Shown here one piece after another: positions 49,486 to 62,728 of a DNA stretch of 64,000 nucleotides; the stretch's first letter is position 1; the number at the start of each line of letters is the position of its first letter. The translations under genes and the position numbers were made by a program. The DNA lies in the NCBI GenBank assembly GCA_050273025.1, contig CP158636.1, forward strand, positions 3,038,001 to 3,102,000, read 5' to 3'. This DNA comes from Cenococcum geophilum. Its lineage: Eukaryota. Below the pieces are notes generated by a model, which saw only the letters and a list, made by a program, of their open reading frames with translations, had not been told where the DNA came from and ran no database searches.

Positions 49486-50322
49486 ATGGCTACCTCCGCA
49501 GCGACCAAGCGCCTCACAAAGGAATACCAAACCATCTCAAAAAGCCCACCGCCCTACATCATCGCACATCCGTCGGAAAAGAACATACTCGAATGGCATT
49601 ACATTCTGACCGGCCCACCTGAAACGCCGTACGAAGGGGGACAATACTGGGGTACGCTGATGTTCCCGCCGGACTACCCGTTTGCACCGCCAGCGATTCG
49701 CATGCACACACCCAGTGGACGCTTCCAGCCCTCAACGCGTCTCTGCCTCAGCATCAGCGACTTCCATCCCAAATCGTTCAATCCAGCGTGGGAAGTCTCG
49801 ACAATCCTGACGGGCCTGCTGAGTTTCATGACGTCCGAGGAGATGACGACAGGCAGCGTGCGGGCGTCGGACCACGAGCGAAAACTCTTCGCGGCACGAA
49901 CACGTTGGTGGAACTCCACGGGCGGCGGAACAAGCGGCCGCACCATCCCCGGCGTCAATGGCTCGAACAGCAGGGGCGTGGGCGCTATCAAAGCGGGTGA
50001 CGGCGGTGTCAAGTTCAGGAAAGAATGGCCTGAGTTGGACGAGGAGAACTGGAAGATCATGAGGGAAAAGCGGATCGACCCTACTACTGGGCAGACTGTC
50101 CCTGAGAACTCAGCACACTCCTGCTCGCCAGAGGCCGCGGCGCTGAGGAGACGGCCGGGAGGGAGTGCAACTGGAGTGGGAGTGGTGGTTCAGGGCGGGC
50201 AGGTAGCACGGGATGCTGGGCAGGGCTGGCTGAGCAGGCATAAGTGGCGGCTTGTGGTGGGCGTCTTCTTTGGATACATTCTCGTCGCCCGGTTACTGGG
50301 AGAAGGCACTTCGTCACACTGA
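49486..50322 (+). CDS. UBC6: Tail-anchored ER ubiquitin-conjugating enzyme E2 (278 aa, intronless)
   Basis: MATSAATKRLTKEY, NILEWHY, TPSGRFQPSTRLCLSISDFHPKSFNPAW; C-terminal hydrophobic anchor. The real start is the ATG at 49486, not the ORF-track start. Confidence 0.96.
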   Translation: MATSAATKRLTKEYQTISKSPPPYIIAHPSEKNILEWHYILTGPPETPYEGGQYWGTLMFPPDYPFAPPAIRMHTPSGRFQPSTRLCLSISDFHPKSFNPAWEVSTILTGLLSFMTSEEMTTGSVRASDHERKLFAARTRWWNSTGGGTSGRTIPGVNGSNSRGVGAIKAGDGGVKFRKEWPELDEENWKIMREKRIDPTTGQTVPENSAHSCSPEAAALRRRPGGSATGVGVVVQGGQVARDAGQGWLSRHKWRLVVGVFFGYILVARLLGEGTSSH

Positions 50323-53300
50323 GCCGGGATATCACTCTAATACTTTGCGTGTCTCTGGAGTTCAAGGCATTGGACGAGTTAGCGTTAAAGCGGCGTTAGG
50401 CTTTGGGTGGTCCTTCCTCTGCATATGTGTGCCAACGAAGCACCCAGCACTTGCTCATTGTAAACGCCGCCCCATAGAGGAATAAAAGACTCGGTACGAG
50501 GATTCCAATACTAAGAGCCCCCAAGATCTGCTCCTAAGAATTGACTATGCGAGAACATCTATCGTCCCATGTCTATGATTTGGAAGCTATCATGCTTCTC
50601 CTGTGCAACGGAACACCTTGTATGCCACAATCCTGCTTTTCTCCCACCCATCAGTTTTCATACAACGCTCTTATGATTATCTCAAAGCACACGTCTTAAG
50701 ATCTCTCATTTATTCAAGGCTTCTCTCAAACCCTCCATTGATAGCCCATCCAAGATTTCACTGTCCTCTTTCATCAATGCTTCCCCTAAAATGAGACCGG
50801 TCTACAAAATCTTCACAACAAGCTAGCCGCGTCCCGTTCATCCAATTGCAAATCCATACCTCTTACCAGACGCCCATGCAATACGATCGATGTCTTCAAC
50901 TCTTTTGAACAATTGAAATCTAATACGATGCAAAGGCCGAACCCCTCTTCACCACGCCATCTGGAACATCCTAAACCAGAACGTCTCGCTGTCAATGAGC
51001 CACGGTGCCATAGACTCAATCACCTGCTCCGGGCTCATCGGATGGGCGGTATGATCGAGGAACCCGATTGCAATGACGATAACATCTGCAGTGCCAAGAA
51101 CGGTGCGGACGAAGTTGCAGCTCGTGATGCCGTGGGGCATGATTCCGCGTCGAGGCGATCCAGCTGGTCTTGATGGGCAGACCTCGGCGTCAGCTTTCGT
51201 TTTTGATATCGGCTTTAGCTCAGCGTTGCGGTATTCGGTTTGCGGGGACAAGTAGCTGCGAGTACCGTAGTACCGCGATACGGAGGCGTGGTAGCACTAC
51301 TCCGTTGGTGGTGTCAGGAGCCCGAATTAGGCGGAAAGCTCAGAAATGAACTGATGGGGCTGCTCTAAAAAGCAGGGCTGCGTCTGGAGATCGGGTCTCG
51401 GGGTGAGACGGGAGAAAGTTGGAGAGATGGAGACCATGGTCGTTCAGCTGCGGGTGTCAGCAGGCCTCCTTGCATGGGGCTTATAAGTGCCCAGCCACGA
51501 GCGAATGGGATTCTGCTTGATGAGGTAAGCTCATATTGATACTTTTAAAGGAGTGCCTACTCCTTTAACCAAGGTTCGGCTTTGTGATGGCGCCCCAAAA
51601 AGTGATGGGTGTTGCCATTGGTGCTGGATCAGATGGTTGGTGATGCTTCGTCCTGGTATGCAAGTGTTTCTTGCATCAGGGTTGGCTCGCTTGGTCGAGC
51701 GAACAGCGAATCAACTTGCGTATTAGGAGAAAGAGTGATTCCATGGTCCACTTTATCGAAATTGGGGCCTTGGCTATTTTTGAAGAGGCAATTCGAGAGT
51801 TAGTGGCGACGAGATAGGAGCTCGGCGTCGTATTAGCTTGGGCTTGATAGCGCGAAAATCCTTTGTTGAATATCTTTGAAGAACATCTGACGAGATATAG
51901 AGGTAGCTCTATGGAACGCCTCGTTTCTGTTTGTATCGAAGGATTTTAGTTCCTGCTAGGGATAGGGTCCGCCCTCGTGAAGTATACTGCAATACACAGA
52001 GCTCACAGCTTCTGGCATCATCCTCAACACTTACATTTTCATCGAGAACATTTTTCATGTGGACCAACTATGCCCCCTTATGTATCTACTCCTGTGTGAC
52101 AAATTATATCAGCTGTGGTGAGATACCGTCAGCATGGAACAGATAAGCGTGCAGAATGTTGTACATCGAGCTAGTGAAGGCTTAGTTGAGCATAAACATA
52201 CTTTGTAATCTAAATTGCGATTACTCTTTCTCTGATTCAGAGCGGTTGAATACAATACTTTATTAACTTGACCACTACAGTCTAGAACCGGAGGAACCGG
52301 AGAATCAACACCCCCGTATAGCTCATGCACAGTGTACAAAGTCCTCAGCCGCGCGTCATAATAACAGTTAATCGAGGCACAAAAATCAGGTGCATCCCTG
52401 AGGTTTTGAGTTCGAAGACTTCTGTATATTAGTTTGTATTTGTCTGTTCCCTTTGCACTTGGACATTGCTCTCTTTTAGAAACAGAATTTTGAGAGGAGC
52501 AAACTAGACCCTTGCGATTTGTGGATGGTCTTGCGCTTGGGTTATTTGATGATGCGTAGCGTCGCAAGCACCAATAGGAATGTGTGGCCGACCATCCCTC
52601 CAAATTCACAATGCAACCTACCCTTCAAGGTAAGTAGGAAATCTGTATGGGAAAAAGCAACTTAACATTGGATTTTCTCGTACAAAGAGATATGCAAAAA
52701 ATTAATTTACAGTAGAAGAAATGCCCTATCCTGTATGCTAGAGCAAAAGATGAAAGCCGCCGAGACCTAGGCATAATAGTTTTCTTCCGCCTAATATATT
52801 GAAATAAAAAATACTTCAATCTTTGGCTCAAGTAGATCAGATGTTCGTGTGATGTAGTGAGTTCGAAAACTTCGAGGATGGAACGCATGGCGGTCCCGTG
52901 AGCAAGTTAGACCCAATGGGACGTACACAAACAAAGGCTCTGGAATCCGACCAGGTGCAAATCCTTCATGAGTGGCGGGCTTGTTCCCATGAACCATGGA
53001 TCGTGCTTGTTGCAACGCTGTCTTAGTGTCCCGTACGCCCGGTTTCCTGGAGTGAGATCGAGTTGTATTTTCACGTGCTTCAAGTACGCGACGGGACCTT
53101 TCTTCCCCAGAACAACGAGAGCGATGCGCCTGCCTCGTTTTGTGCTAAGCTGGGAGCCGGGTCAGTCGACAGAGAAATGCTATTCTCGTCCGCGAGGAGG
53201 GGCAGGGCAAGGTTGACTGAGGTTGAGTGTGCCACTAATAACGGGGCTGAGAAGATCTTTGAATGCCTGAAAGCCCAGCGCCACCAAAGCTTGCTAAAAG

Positions 53301-53420
53301 CCCGCTTGACTCGTCTCGTACTCGTTTCGTGATAGCGGGCCGCTTTGGGTGCGCTTGTGCGGTTGCATGTGGCGTCCTAGCTTCATCTACACTTGGACCA
53401 CTTCAACGTCCAACATCAGA

Positions 53421-54028
53421 CTGGGGTTTGAGGTTGCACGACAAACCCACGCCAAGTGGCCTATCGGCGGCGTTGTCATGCAAGTAGGGCCCCTCGAGCG
53501 GGGGTCTTTGACTTTCGAGCTCGAGACTTCCACGAGCTGAGGGACGGAGGTCGCTAAGAGAAAACCCGAGCTGTTGACTAACACCAAAAACGGACCGAAA
53601 TGGAACCAGAGACTCTTTGCATCCCCGCTTCGATTCGTGCAGTGACTCGGCTACTTGGCGATGTCGACCTTGGTACTCGATCCGGAGTCGGCATACGGGG
53701 GAGCTCCGGGGTACTTTTTGCCAGGTGGTCCGATTCAACTCGAGACTACTATCAATAACCTGCTGTCCGTGAACCTCATTCTCGCTGAACTCCTGCCGGT
53801 CAGCGGTATTGGGTCCATGTAGCAGTTGCACAAGCATACCAGCAAGCACACTTGAGCACTGCAGGAAGGTGTTGAAAGATCCTGGATTATGTTTCTTTCA
53901 GCCATTGGAAGGTGATGCTGCAAACTAATTTCTGATCCTTGTGTACCCCAGGATATGCTCAATCTGGCCAACTCCCCCATGTTCTGGGGTTGGCTCTAGC
54001 AGGGGTTCTTGCTCTGTGCGTTCCGGAG
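53421..54028. promoter_or_regulatory. Cluster of CreA/Cre1/Mig1-type SYGGRG motifs upstream of the sugar transporter
   Basis: Matches at 53421, 53498, 53623 (rc), 53682, 53704 (rc)/53706, 53946 (rc), 53984 and 54023. Confidence 0.5.
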
Positions 54029-54205
54029 GGTGGACTGAAAGGTGAATGGTGAATGGTGAATAGTGAAAGCTTGGTGTTGGGGGCCACGTGTGGATAAAAC
54101 CAGGCCGCTCCCTCTTCTTCTACTTCTTCTTCTCTTTTGACTAACTACGTCGTTTACTATCAAGCTACTTTTGGCCCCCATTGTGGTCAAATCTCACTCT
54201 TCAAG

Positions 54206-56105
54206 ATGGTGTGGCAGACGTATAATGTCTATGCAATCTGCAGCTTCGCCGCCATTGGTAGGCTTCACTGAATTGCCGTCGGCGGTTTCATCTTCCATTA
54301 ACATTCTCATAGGCGGTGGTTTGTTCGGTTTCGATATTTCTTCTATGAGTGGTGTCCTGGGCACGGAGGCTTATCAGAATTATTTTGGCCACCGTAAGTA
54401 AATATCTCAGTCACCGTATATTCTATCGCTTGCTGCGCGTGAAGCTAAACCACTTCAGCCGCGAGCTATCGCCAAGGAGGCATTACCTGCTCTATGCCTG
54501 CTGGTTCTCTTGTCGGTGCTCTAGCTTCTTCCTACATCGCCGACAGACTGTCCAGAAAGACAGCAATTCAAATTGCCTCAGTCATCTGGATCATTGGCTC
54601 AATGTGGGTAGCTTTAGACTCCTCATGAAACCGCCGCTAACCTATTGGAAGCCTGCAAGCTGCCTCAAACGGAGTTGCTTTGCTCTGTGTCGGCCGTGTC
54701 GTCGCTGGTTTCTGTGTCGGCATTGCATCGTCAATTGTCCCAGTCTATCAAGCAGAGATTGCCCCGAAAGAAATCCGTGGGCGTGTTGTGTCTCTCCAGC
54801 AATGGGCAATCACATGGTATGGAAATTCTCATTTTAATATCACTTAACGTGCAACTAACTGTGATTAGGGGAATTCTAATCCAATACTTCATTCAGTACG
54901 GCGCTTCTTTCGTCGATGGTGGTGCGAAAAATCCCAATCAAGGGACTGCAGCTTTCAGAATTCCATGGGGTATCCAAATGATTCCTGCTTTCATCCTTTT
55001 GGTTGGCATGTTCTTCCTGCCCAGATCTCCGCGTTGGCTCGCTAGCAAGGATCACTGGGAGGAGGCGTAAGTGATCTATCTGTGTCTAATGAACCCAACA
55101 AAACTGAGATATATTCCAGCATTCAGGTTCTTGGCCACCTTCACGGCGGTGGCGATATTAACCATCCGAAGGTCCTTGCCGAATACCAAGAAATCGAGGA
55201 AGCCCTTCGCTTCGAACGTGAGGAGGCTGTGAGCAGCTACAGGGCTCTTGTTGAGCCTCGCATGCTGAAGCGTGTTGTTCTTGGCATGTCAATCCAGATG
55301 TGGTCTCAACTTTGCGGGATGAACATCATGATGTACTACAGTATGGACCCTAATTCTTCCGATCACGAGTATATACTAATTTCCTCTAGTCGTCTATATC
55401 ATGAAAGGTGCTGGTATTGGCAATGAGCTCCTCACATCCTCCATCCAATATATCATCAACGTCGCCTTAACGCTCCCGGCAATCCTCTTCCTTGACAAGT
55501 GGGGTCGTCGTCCCTCCATGCTCCTTGGCTCTTTCGGCATGATGTCCTTTTTGCTCATCTCTGGCGGCCTCCAAGCCGGCTACGGCATGCCTAACCCCGA
55601 CAAGACCGATAAGTCCATCTCATGGGTTGTGAGGGATCACCAGAGTGTTTCCAAAGGCATAGTAGCCTGCTCATACCTCTTCGTCGCCACGTTCGCCACC
55701 ACCTGGGGCCCGACATCCTGGACCTACCCATCTGAAATCTTCCCCTCCAAGATCCGCGCCAAGGCCGTGTCGCTCGCGACCGCGTCCAACTGGACCTGGA
55801 ACTGCGCCCTCGCCTTCGCCGTGCCCCCGCTCCTCTGGAGCATCAACTGGAAGATGTACATGATCTTCGCCGCCTTCAACGGAGCCGCGTTCATCCACAT
55901 GTTCCTGACCGCACCCGAGACCAAGGGTAAGACGCTTGAGGAAATGGATGACGTCTTTGACTCCGGCAGGCCGGCTTGGGAGGCCGCGCCGAAGGGATCG
56001 AGACTGGATGAGCTGCAGGCAGATATTGAGAAGGGCAATCTCAAGATCAGCCATCCATTGCAGCAGCGCTCGGTTCCGAGTGAGACGGTTGAGCCGAAGA
56101 TTTAG
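54206..56105 (+). CDS. MFS sugar porter, high-affinity glucose transporter HGT1-like, 7 exons
   Basis: MVWQTYNVYAICSFAAIG, GGLFGFDISSMSG, VPVYQAEIAPKEIRG, PRSPRWL, QMWSQLCGMNIMMYY, DKWGRRP, WGPTSWTYPSEIFP, PETKGKTLEEMD; six GT-AG introns. Confidence 0.95.
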
Positions 56106-56939
56106 GCAGGTAGGAAATTGCCTAGTACGTGGGCAATGGCGGAGATATGAGCAAAGCGAGTTAGCTAGGTTGGGGATGAGCGGAGTTGGTCATAAATTTG
56201 CATGTCTCTCGTTACCGTCGGAGGGGCGGAACACAATTGCTAGTCCAGATGGCGTGGACGGTATTTGCCTTCTCTAACTACTATAGGGCAATAATGGGAA
56301 AAATCACTTGCGCATAACAACAATACTTGTAATTTGAGCATGGCGTATGCCATTAATCCATTGCGATATGATACTTCACATTCGATGTTGGATTCTGCAG
56401 GATTGCGGTTCCACGAAATGCAAAGACCACAAATGGTCTCTTGGAGCAAAACACGCAAGCACAATAAAGAGACGCCTATCCTCGCTGCTTAAATGGGGAC
56501 ATAGTCGATTGCTGCAGGGCTTGCCTGAGCATATCTAGACGGCAATATCATCGATGACAGTCGCACGGCATGGCATGCACATAAACTTGCAAACCATGTA
56601 CAGTCAAGGTTATGATTTCTCGCTTCCGAGATACTTACTGCAGGGCTAGTCGTAAATCATATCGCAATATAGGGCATGCAGGAGCCGAAAAAAAAAGCCA
56701 ACGCCCTCCGTTCCCCATGCATCCAGCCCGCAAAGCAGATGCCCCTCCAACTTTGCCTACAAGCTTTGTACCGTACAAACGCCGCATCCCCAGCGTTGCA
56801 ACATACAGGAAAAAGCCCTTTTCTGACGAATAATAATATATGTAGATGTCAACCCTCTCAACGTCCCTATGTATGAAAAGTACAAATTCAAAGTACTTCC
56901 AATCCGATTCCGTTCGTCAGTATTACCGAATATCATCCG

Positions 56940-59232
56940 TCACAGCGCAAGAACCTTCTCCAAATCCGGTTCCCGCGCATCAACAACGGAGGTAGTGCTC
57001 TTTACACTTAACCTGCTATCTCCCGCCTCCGTAGCCTTCGGCGGCGACGGCGACGGCGGTTCGACGACTTGCTCGCATAGTTCGCCCTCGGGCTGTCTGC
57101 CATTACCGATGTCCAGCAGCAAGCGCCACGCGCGGCGGAACTCGTCGCGGATGGTGACGATGCCGTTATGCGTAACGGTGCGTGCGACGTTGTGATCCCA
57201 CTCGAATGGGTCTTCGATGGCGAAGAGGTAGCGGTGGCGGACTTCTTTCTGCAGTCAAAATCAGCACAAATCAGAACACCCCCAACTAATTATACGAAGG
57301 AGAACTTACCCCGTCGACGGTAGTAGTCTTGGCGGCCGTCCACCCCTTCTCGCGCTTGTCTCTAATGCCACCCGGGGTCCGCAGACTCAGCACCTCGTTT
57401 GCCCACACAAAGCCCTGCCCATTGAACTTCGGGTTTGCATAGTACTGGAAGAAACCGCGCAGCAGTACGCCGAGCGGCTGGTTATTAACCGTCAGTCTGC
57501 GCCTGTGTGCTGCATCGGCGATCTTCTCTTCGTTGCTCCAGAACCGGACTTCGTACCCGTCGATTGTGGTCTCCGCCGCAATCTGTTCGGGGGTGGCGCC
57601 AGGAGGTGGGCGGTAACATAGCTGTAAATTGGGGCAGACGGGCGGCTGGGCAATGTTTACGAGGTAGTGCAAGATCATCAGCACGTAACCGTAACTGGAG
57701 AGGGTGCCGGAGTAGCTTGAGTTGATCTTGCGGCGCTTGGCCCAGGTCTTGACGAAAAGGACCATGGGGCGGACGCGTGGGTCGCATATGGAGTAACATC
57801 GCAGCAGCTGGGTGTTGTGGAGGGCGAGGTCATTGGAGAAGTTGATATCAGATTGAATGCCGATGCCAGATTTTGGGAAGTCGAGGGGCCCGAGGGCTTT
57901 CTCGCGAAACCAGGGCTTTTCTGGTCGGTTTTGGTGGGGAGTCTTCAGGTCCTTACCGTTATTATCTTGAGAGATTGTAGAGATTGGTGTTGGGGTGGTA
58001 GGCTCATTTGCCTTCGTCGGACTCTGTGGGGTGTCTTTCTCACTTGTTGTAGAATCCTTGGAGCTTCTTAATCCCATATGAGTTTTACTATTGGGACTAT
58101 GGTGCTGCATGATTTGAGGGGATCCAGCTTGTCCGTCGATTGCGACTACAGGGGCGGGAGGCGGAGTAGATTCGCGCGGTTGAGGAGCCACAGGATATTT
58201 TTCTTCTTCTGGTAGATCGTCCCATTTCTTCCTCTCCTCGCGCAACGCTGCATACAGCTTTGGCGTTGGCTTTTCGCAAACTTTGAGGATCGGAACACGG
58301 GTTCTCGTAAGCAGACGCGCACCAAATCCATTGTCTAGGAGCTTCTTTTCCAATAGACGTGGGATGTTTCGGTCAATACGTGAAGGATGATTCAATGTGG
58401 ATGAAGAGCTAGTCCGAGATGGAACAATAGCCAGATCGACATCTGATCCTTGTGTTGCAAAACCTGAGCTGATGCTGCCGTAACACTTGAGCGCGATACT
58501 AGAAATTTCGCCGGTGTAGCCTTCCCTGAGAGCTTCTTGGCAAAGGATCTCTAGTTTTGCTCTGAATTCCTCCTTCTCAAATAGCTCGGCAGAACTCATT
58601 TCCACTTTGGGAATCTCCAATTCGGCGATCCGGTTGAGGTACTGGCATTGCGCTGCATAGTTCTCGTATGTCTGTTGAGGCGGACCTTGACGGAAGGTTT
58701 GCCTTTGCGGGGACTGCAATACGCTTGAAGCATTGCCTGAAGACCCCTGAACATTTTGAGGACGCTGAAGAATGCGGGGTATCTCCACTTTAACGCCAGA
58801 GTTGGAACGCTCATGTGTTCTAGGTTGGTTGATTGCTGATGCTCGTCGAACAGACCTTTGTTGGTAGTTACGGGAAATCTGAGGAGTTGCAGGACTATTC
58901 TGAGAGCCATTCCGAGGGCGACGCTGTTGTGGTGACAGCTGACTGGCTGGTGCATTAGACGGGTCTTGGTGCCTCCAGTTACTATGACGTTGATCAGACC
59001 CGCCACGAAGACTGGATTGAGGTGATTGAGGTTGGCGAGGAAGATTAGGCTGTGGTTGTGGCTGAGGTTGGTGTCCTAGCATTGGGATAGAACGGTGCTC
59101 CTGATGGGGGCCGGGATAAGAAGATCGAGGATTAGCTGGATTATTATTCTTTGATATGGTGACATTGTCTAGACTCATAAGACGTAGTCGTTCTCCTAGG
59201 CTAGTTTGAGATTGCACCGCTTGTCTCTCCAT
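56940..59232 (-). CDS. Cid1-family non-canonical poly(A)/poly(U) nucleotidyltransferase (~743 aa, 2 exons)
   Basis: YGSISSGFATQGSDVDL catalytic motif; RTRVPILK; DINFSNDLALHNTQLL; GTLSSYGYVLM; intron 57309-57249; PAP-associated AIEDPFEWDHNVA. Confidence 0.93.
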
Positions 59233-59748
59233 GGTTGCGATGGAAAATTAGAAACGACTAAATTGTTGATTTAGAAGTCTGACAACGAAGCTTGGAGTAA
59301 ACGGCCGTCTAGTAACGGATGAAGCTCATGAAGGCCAACTAGGGAATTCACGGACTGACTGAAGTGCAAACAGCCAGGCAGCCTCCATCTGCGTGGAGCA
59401 AGTTGATTATGCAAAGCGAGAAAGTTAGGTGAAAGAGGGGAGTAGAGGTATGCATTTAGGGTGGTGAACATGCGGGCGCTTCGATAACAGCAACAGGTTT
59501 CGCTAGGATGTTAATCCGCGCTTAATGCGGCAAGGCGGTAATGGCTTGTGACGGCGATCTCCACTCGTACCCTTCCCTCAGCTATTCCCATTCCCCAAAG
59601 ACAAAGCCCGTGTCGCACACTCCATTTCACCTCCAATACTCCTCATTCTCCCTCGCAATCGGCATATCCTCCATGCTGCCTGCCTACACCTTCAACTAGC
59701 CTAACATCTTATACCCGCCCCGCCACGGCTATCGCGACGCCTTTCACG

Positions 59749-62015
59749 ATGAATACCACCCAACCGCCTGCCGCTGCTGCCTCCGCAGCAAATGGCCAAC
59801 GACCTGCCATGAGCGCATCCCCAGCTGCACCCTCCGGCCGCACTCCGAATGGGGAGAATCGTCCGCGTATTTACCGTAGAAAGCCTCAAAGCGATCCCCT
59901 CCGACCTGCTCAGAGACCTCTCAAGAAGATTGCACGCACAATCACTCCCATGTCCCAGCTGAACAGAATCCCATCCACTCTCCCGCCTAGCTTGACAACG
60001 AGCAATGGACAGCCAAATAATCTTTCTACGACGGGAACTCCTGAGAATCCATTCGCCGGCGCTAAAATCTACTCTCTTGTGACCACTAAGCGGTCCCTAA
60101 TGGAAGGGCTACGGTACCATGTCATGAGGCTCCAGAAATTGAAAGATAAAGGGAAGGTAGATATCTGTGACGAGTCTCAGTTCACACGACCGGTCCGATT
60201 ACACCGGCGAGATCCTCGAGCTCCTCTAAGCGGCGCAGGTGCGACTGTAGTAGAGGAAGATTCCAAAGACACTTTAGAAGAGGACAAGGAGCGAGAGAGA
60301 ATAGAGATAGCGAAGGAGGAGCGCAGGCGGATACGTGAGGAAAACGCCGCCAAGATCGCTCCGTCTACAACCAAGAAACCCCCTGCATTTCAGAAGAAGA
60401 CCGAGCAAATCTACCGCCCAGATGACACACCAGAAGCACAGAAACGGTCGAAGTTGCGATACGAGGAGGCGCTGCCGTGGCATCTCGAGGACTTTGACAA
60501 CAAGCAAACCTGGGTCGGCTCATACGAATCCGAACTGTCAGAAGCTCATATTATGCTAATACCGGATTCTAATGGGGAGATGAAACTCCGTATGATCCCA
60601 ATCGAGAAATGGTACAAGTTCAGTGCCAAAGGCAAAGGAAAAGCTTATACTGCAGAGGAGGCCGACAAGATCTGGGCCACAACTGGAAAACTGCCGAAGT
60701 TCTTAGAAAAGGGCGAGCAGCTCATCATAAAGCGGGAGAGGGAGGATCAGGCAAGAAGCAGGGGTTCAGGCATGCGGACTAGAGTGGCAGGGAGGGATGA
60801 TGATGAGGCCAAGCCTCGGAAGGGGGACGATGATATGCCAATCAAACGTGAGGCAGATGCTGATGACATTGATTTCAACTACGAAGAGGATTTTGCGGAT
60901 GACGAGGAAGGTCTGAACGGTTTGTTCGAGGGGGATGCGGAAGAAACAAAGGCGGCAGAAGAGAAGATGAGACGTGATCGGCTGGCTGCAAGGGTATTCG
61001 ATTTGCGAAACGAGAATGAGGTATTTAAGCAGGAGGAAGAGGAGAAGGAAGCAGCTGAGAAGCAGAGGAAGTTGGAGAAGGGTGTCCGGAAAGCACTCTT
61101 GAAGCGGGAAAAGAACTTTGACTATGAAGAGTCTGACTCCAATCCTTATTCGTCTTCTAGCGATTCTGAAGATGATTCAGAAGCTGAACGCCAGAAAGAA
61201 AAGGAACGGTTGGAAGAAGAAGAAAAGAAGGCCGTTGAAAAGGCTGGAAAGCCGAAAGAAAGCGACAAGCCGGCCTCTGGCACTTCTACAAAAGGGACAA
61301 CAACTCCTTCTGGTTACCAAAAATCCTCTGATCCTTCCAAGCAGACTTTACTATCGACTAAGAAACGCCCGGGTTCTCCTAACCTTTCCGAAGCTAGTGG
61401 GAACGAATCATCTCGCAAGAAACACAAAAAGAAACACCAAGGCTCGCGTGCCATATCTCCGGAAGGACAACTTGATTCCTCCTCCCGAAAGTCAACCCTC
61501 GCGCGTCTCACGATGGATTCTACAAAGCCAAACGACGCCTCGAAGCGCCTCAGTGCCATTTCCGGCAGTGACAGCGAAATGACGGATGGCGGCAAGAAGA
61601 AAAAGAAGAAGCAGTCCATCACGATCAGACTCGGGGGATCACCAAACGGCACCCCAGGCGGCAGTCGCGCAGGCAGCCCAGATGCAACTGGCGCCGAAGC
61701 CAGCAGAGCCACCAGCCCGCTGTCGGCTGGGGCAGTTAAGAAGCCAAGGGGTAAGATATCTGCTCTGCATTGCCAGTGCCTTGTATGAAATTTTGCCAGT
61801 TATTGACAGAAATAGGTTCTATCTCTAGTGGACCCATGCCCACAGCAGACGAAATCAAGTCGAAACTCGTTCCTGAGGGTCTCACTATTAACGAATTGCT
61901 TGCTATGTTCAAGGGCCGCACACACGACAACGTCGCATTCATTGGGCTGGTTAGGGCTGCTGCTCATTATGACAAGGCCACCAAGAAGATCTTCCCAAAG
62001 GGAAAGTCGCCGTAA
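59749..62015 (+). CDS. TFG1: Transcription initiation factor TFIIF large (alpha/RAP74) subunit, 2 exons
   Basis: FTRPVRLHRRDPR, LRYEEALPWHLEDFDNKQTWVGSYE, IEKWYKF, acidic DFADDEE tract; intron 61751-61815; short C-terminal domain. Confidence 0.93.
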
Positions 62016-62728
62016 GCACAAGAATTAGAAGAAACATTCGACTGACTACGCAGCGAACAATGAGATTCACTCTCTACCCAGCGACTGGAAGATAAGCGCT
62101 GGGCACACAGCACAACTACTTGCGGTATTGGCAGGCGCATCGGCAGGATTTCAGTCGGGGCTCCATTGGCTAATGCGCATGTCTGGGCGCTCGGTTTGTT
62201 TCGACAACTCGTGCTCACAGTCCAAGGCAATTTCTCTGCCGCTTTTCAATTTCTTTTTTTATGTGCTGTAATTGAGCACGTTTGTGTCATGCACAAACCA
62301 AAACTTTCTTCCCGCTCTTCCATCCCTCAGTGATAGAATCGATCACGTGTATTTGAAATCATTTGGATCTGAGCTTAGGTAGCGGGTTAACTAAGACAAA
62401 AGATATTATGAGATAATGCAAAAGGTTCGTTTGCCGCTGATTCACCGCACCAGTCTACAAGCAGAAAGCGAAATTTGTCCAAAGGGTTGAATCCCATATT
62501 CATTAAATCCCAGCCATAACTAGCGTGACTGATTCCTATACCCCGAGGCACCATGCTACATACAAAAAAAGCGATGGGATAAAAGGAAACCCCCGATGCC
62601 GTAGAGGCTTCCATGGATATCATGCGTGCCCAAACCCCAAATTCCACTCCGAATCGTAGTTGAAGAAAAGTTTCATACACAAGAAAGCCCAAAGCCCAAA
62701 CCCACCCAGCCCGCAAAAACTGCGGTAT

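Noticed and set aside
49486..50322. UBC6 as a retrocopy because it is intronless
   Set aside because: No poly(A) remnant or TSD, intact ORF in a compact divergent pair, and neighbouring genes are also intron-poor.
51500..54200. Many 60-166-aa ORFs on both strands
   Set aside because: No recognisable motifs or consistent splice structure; best read as intergenic/promoter DNA.
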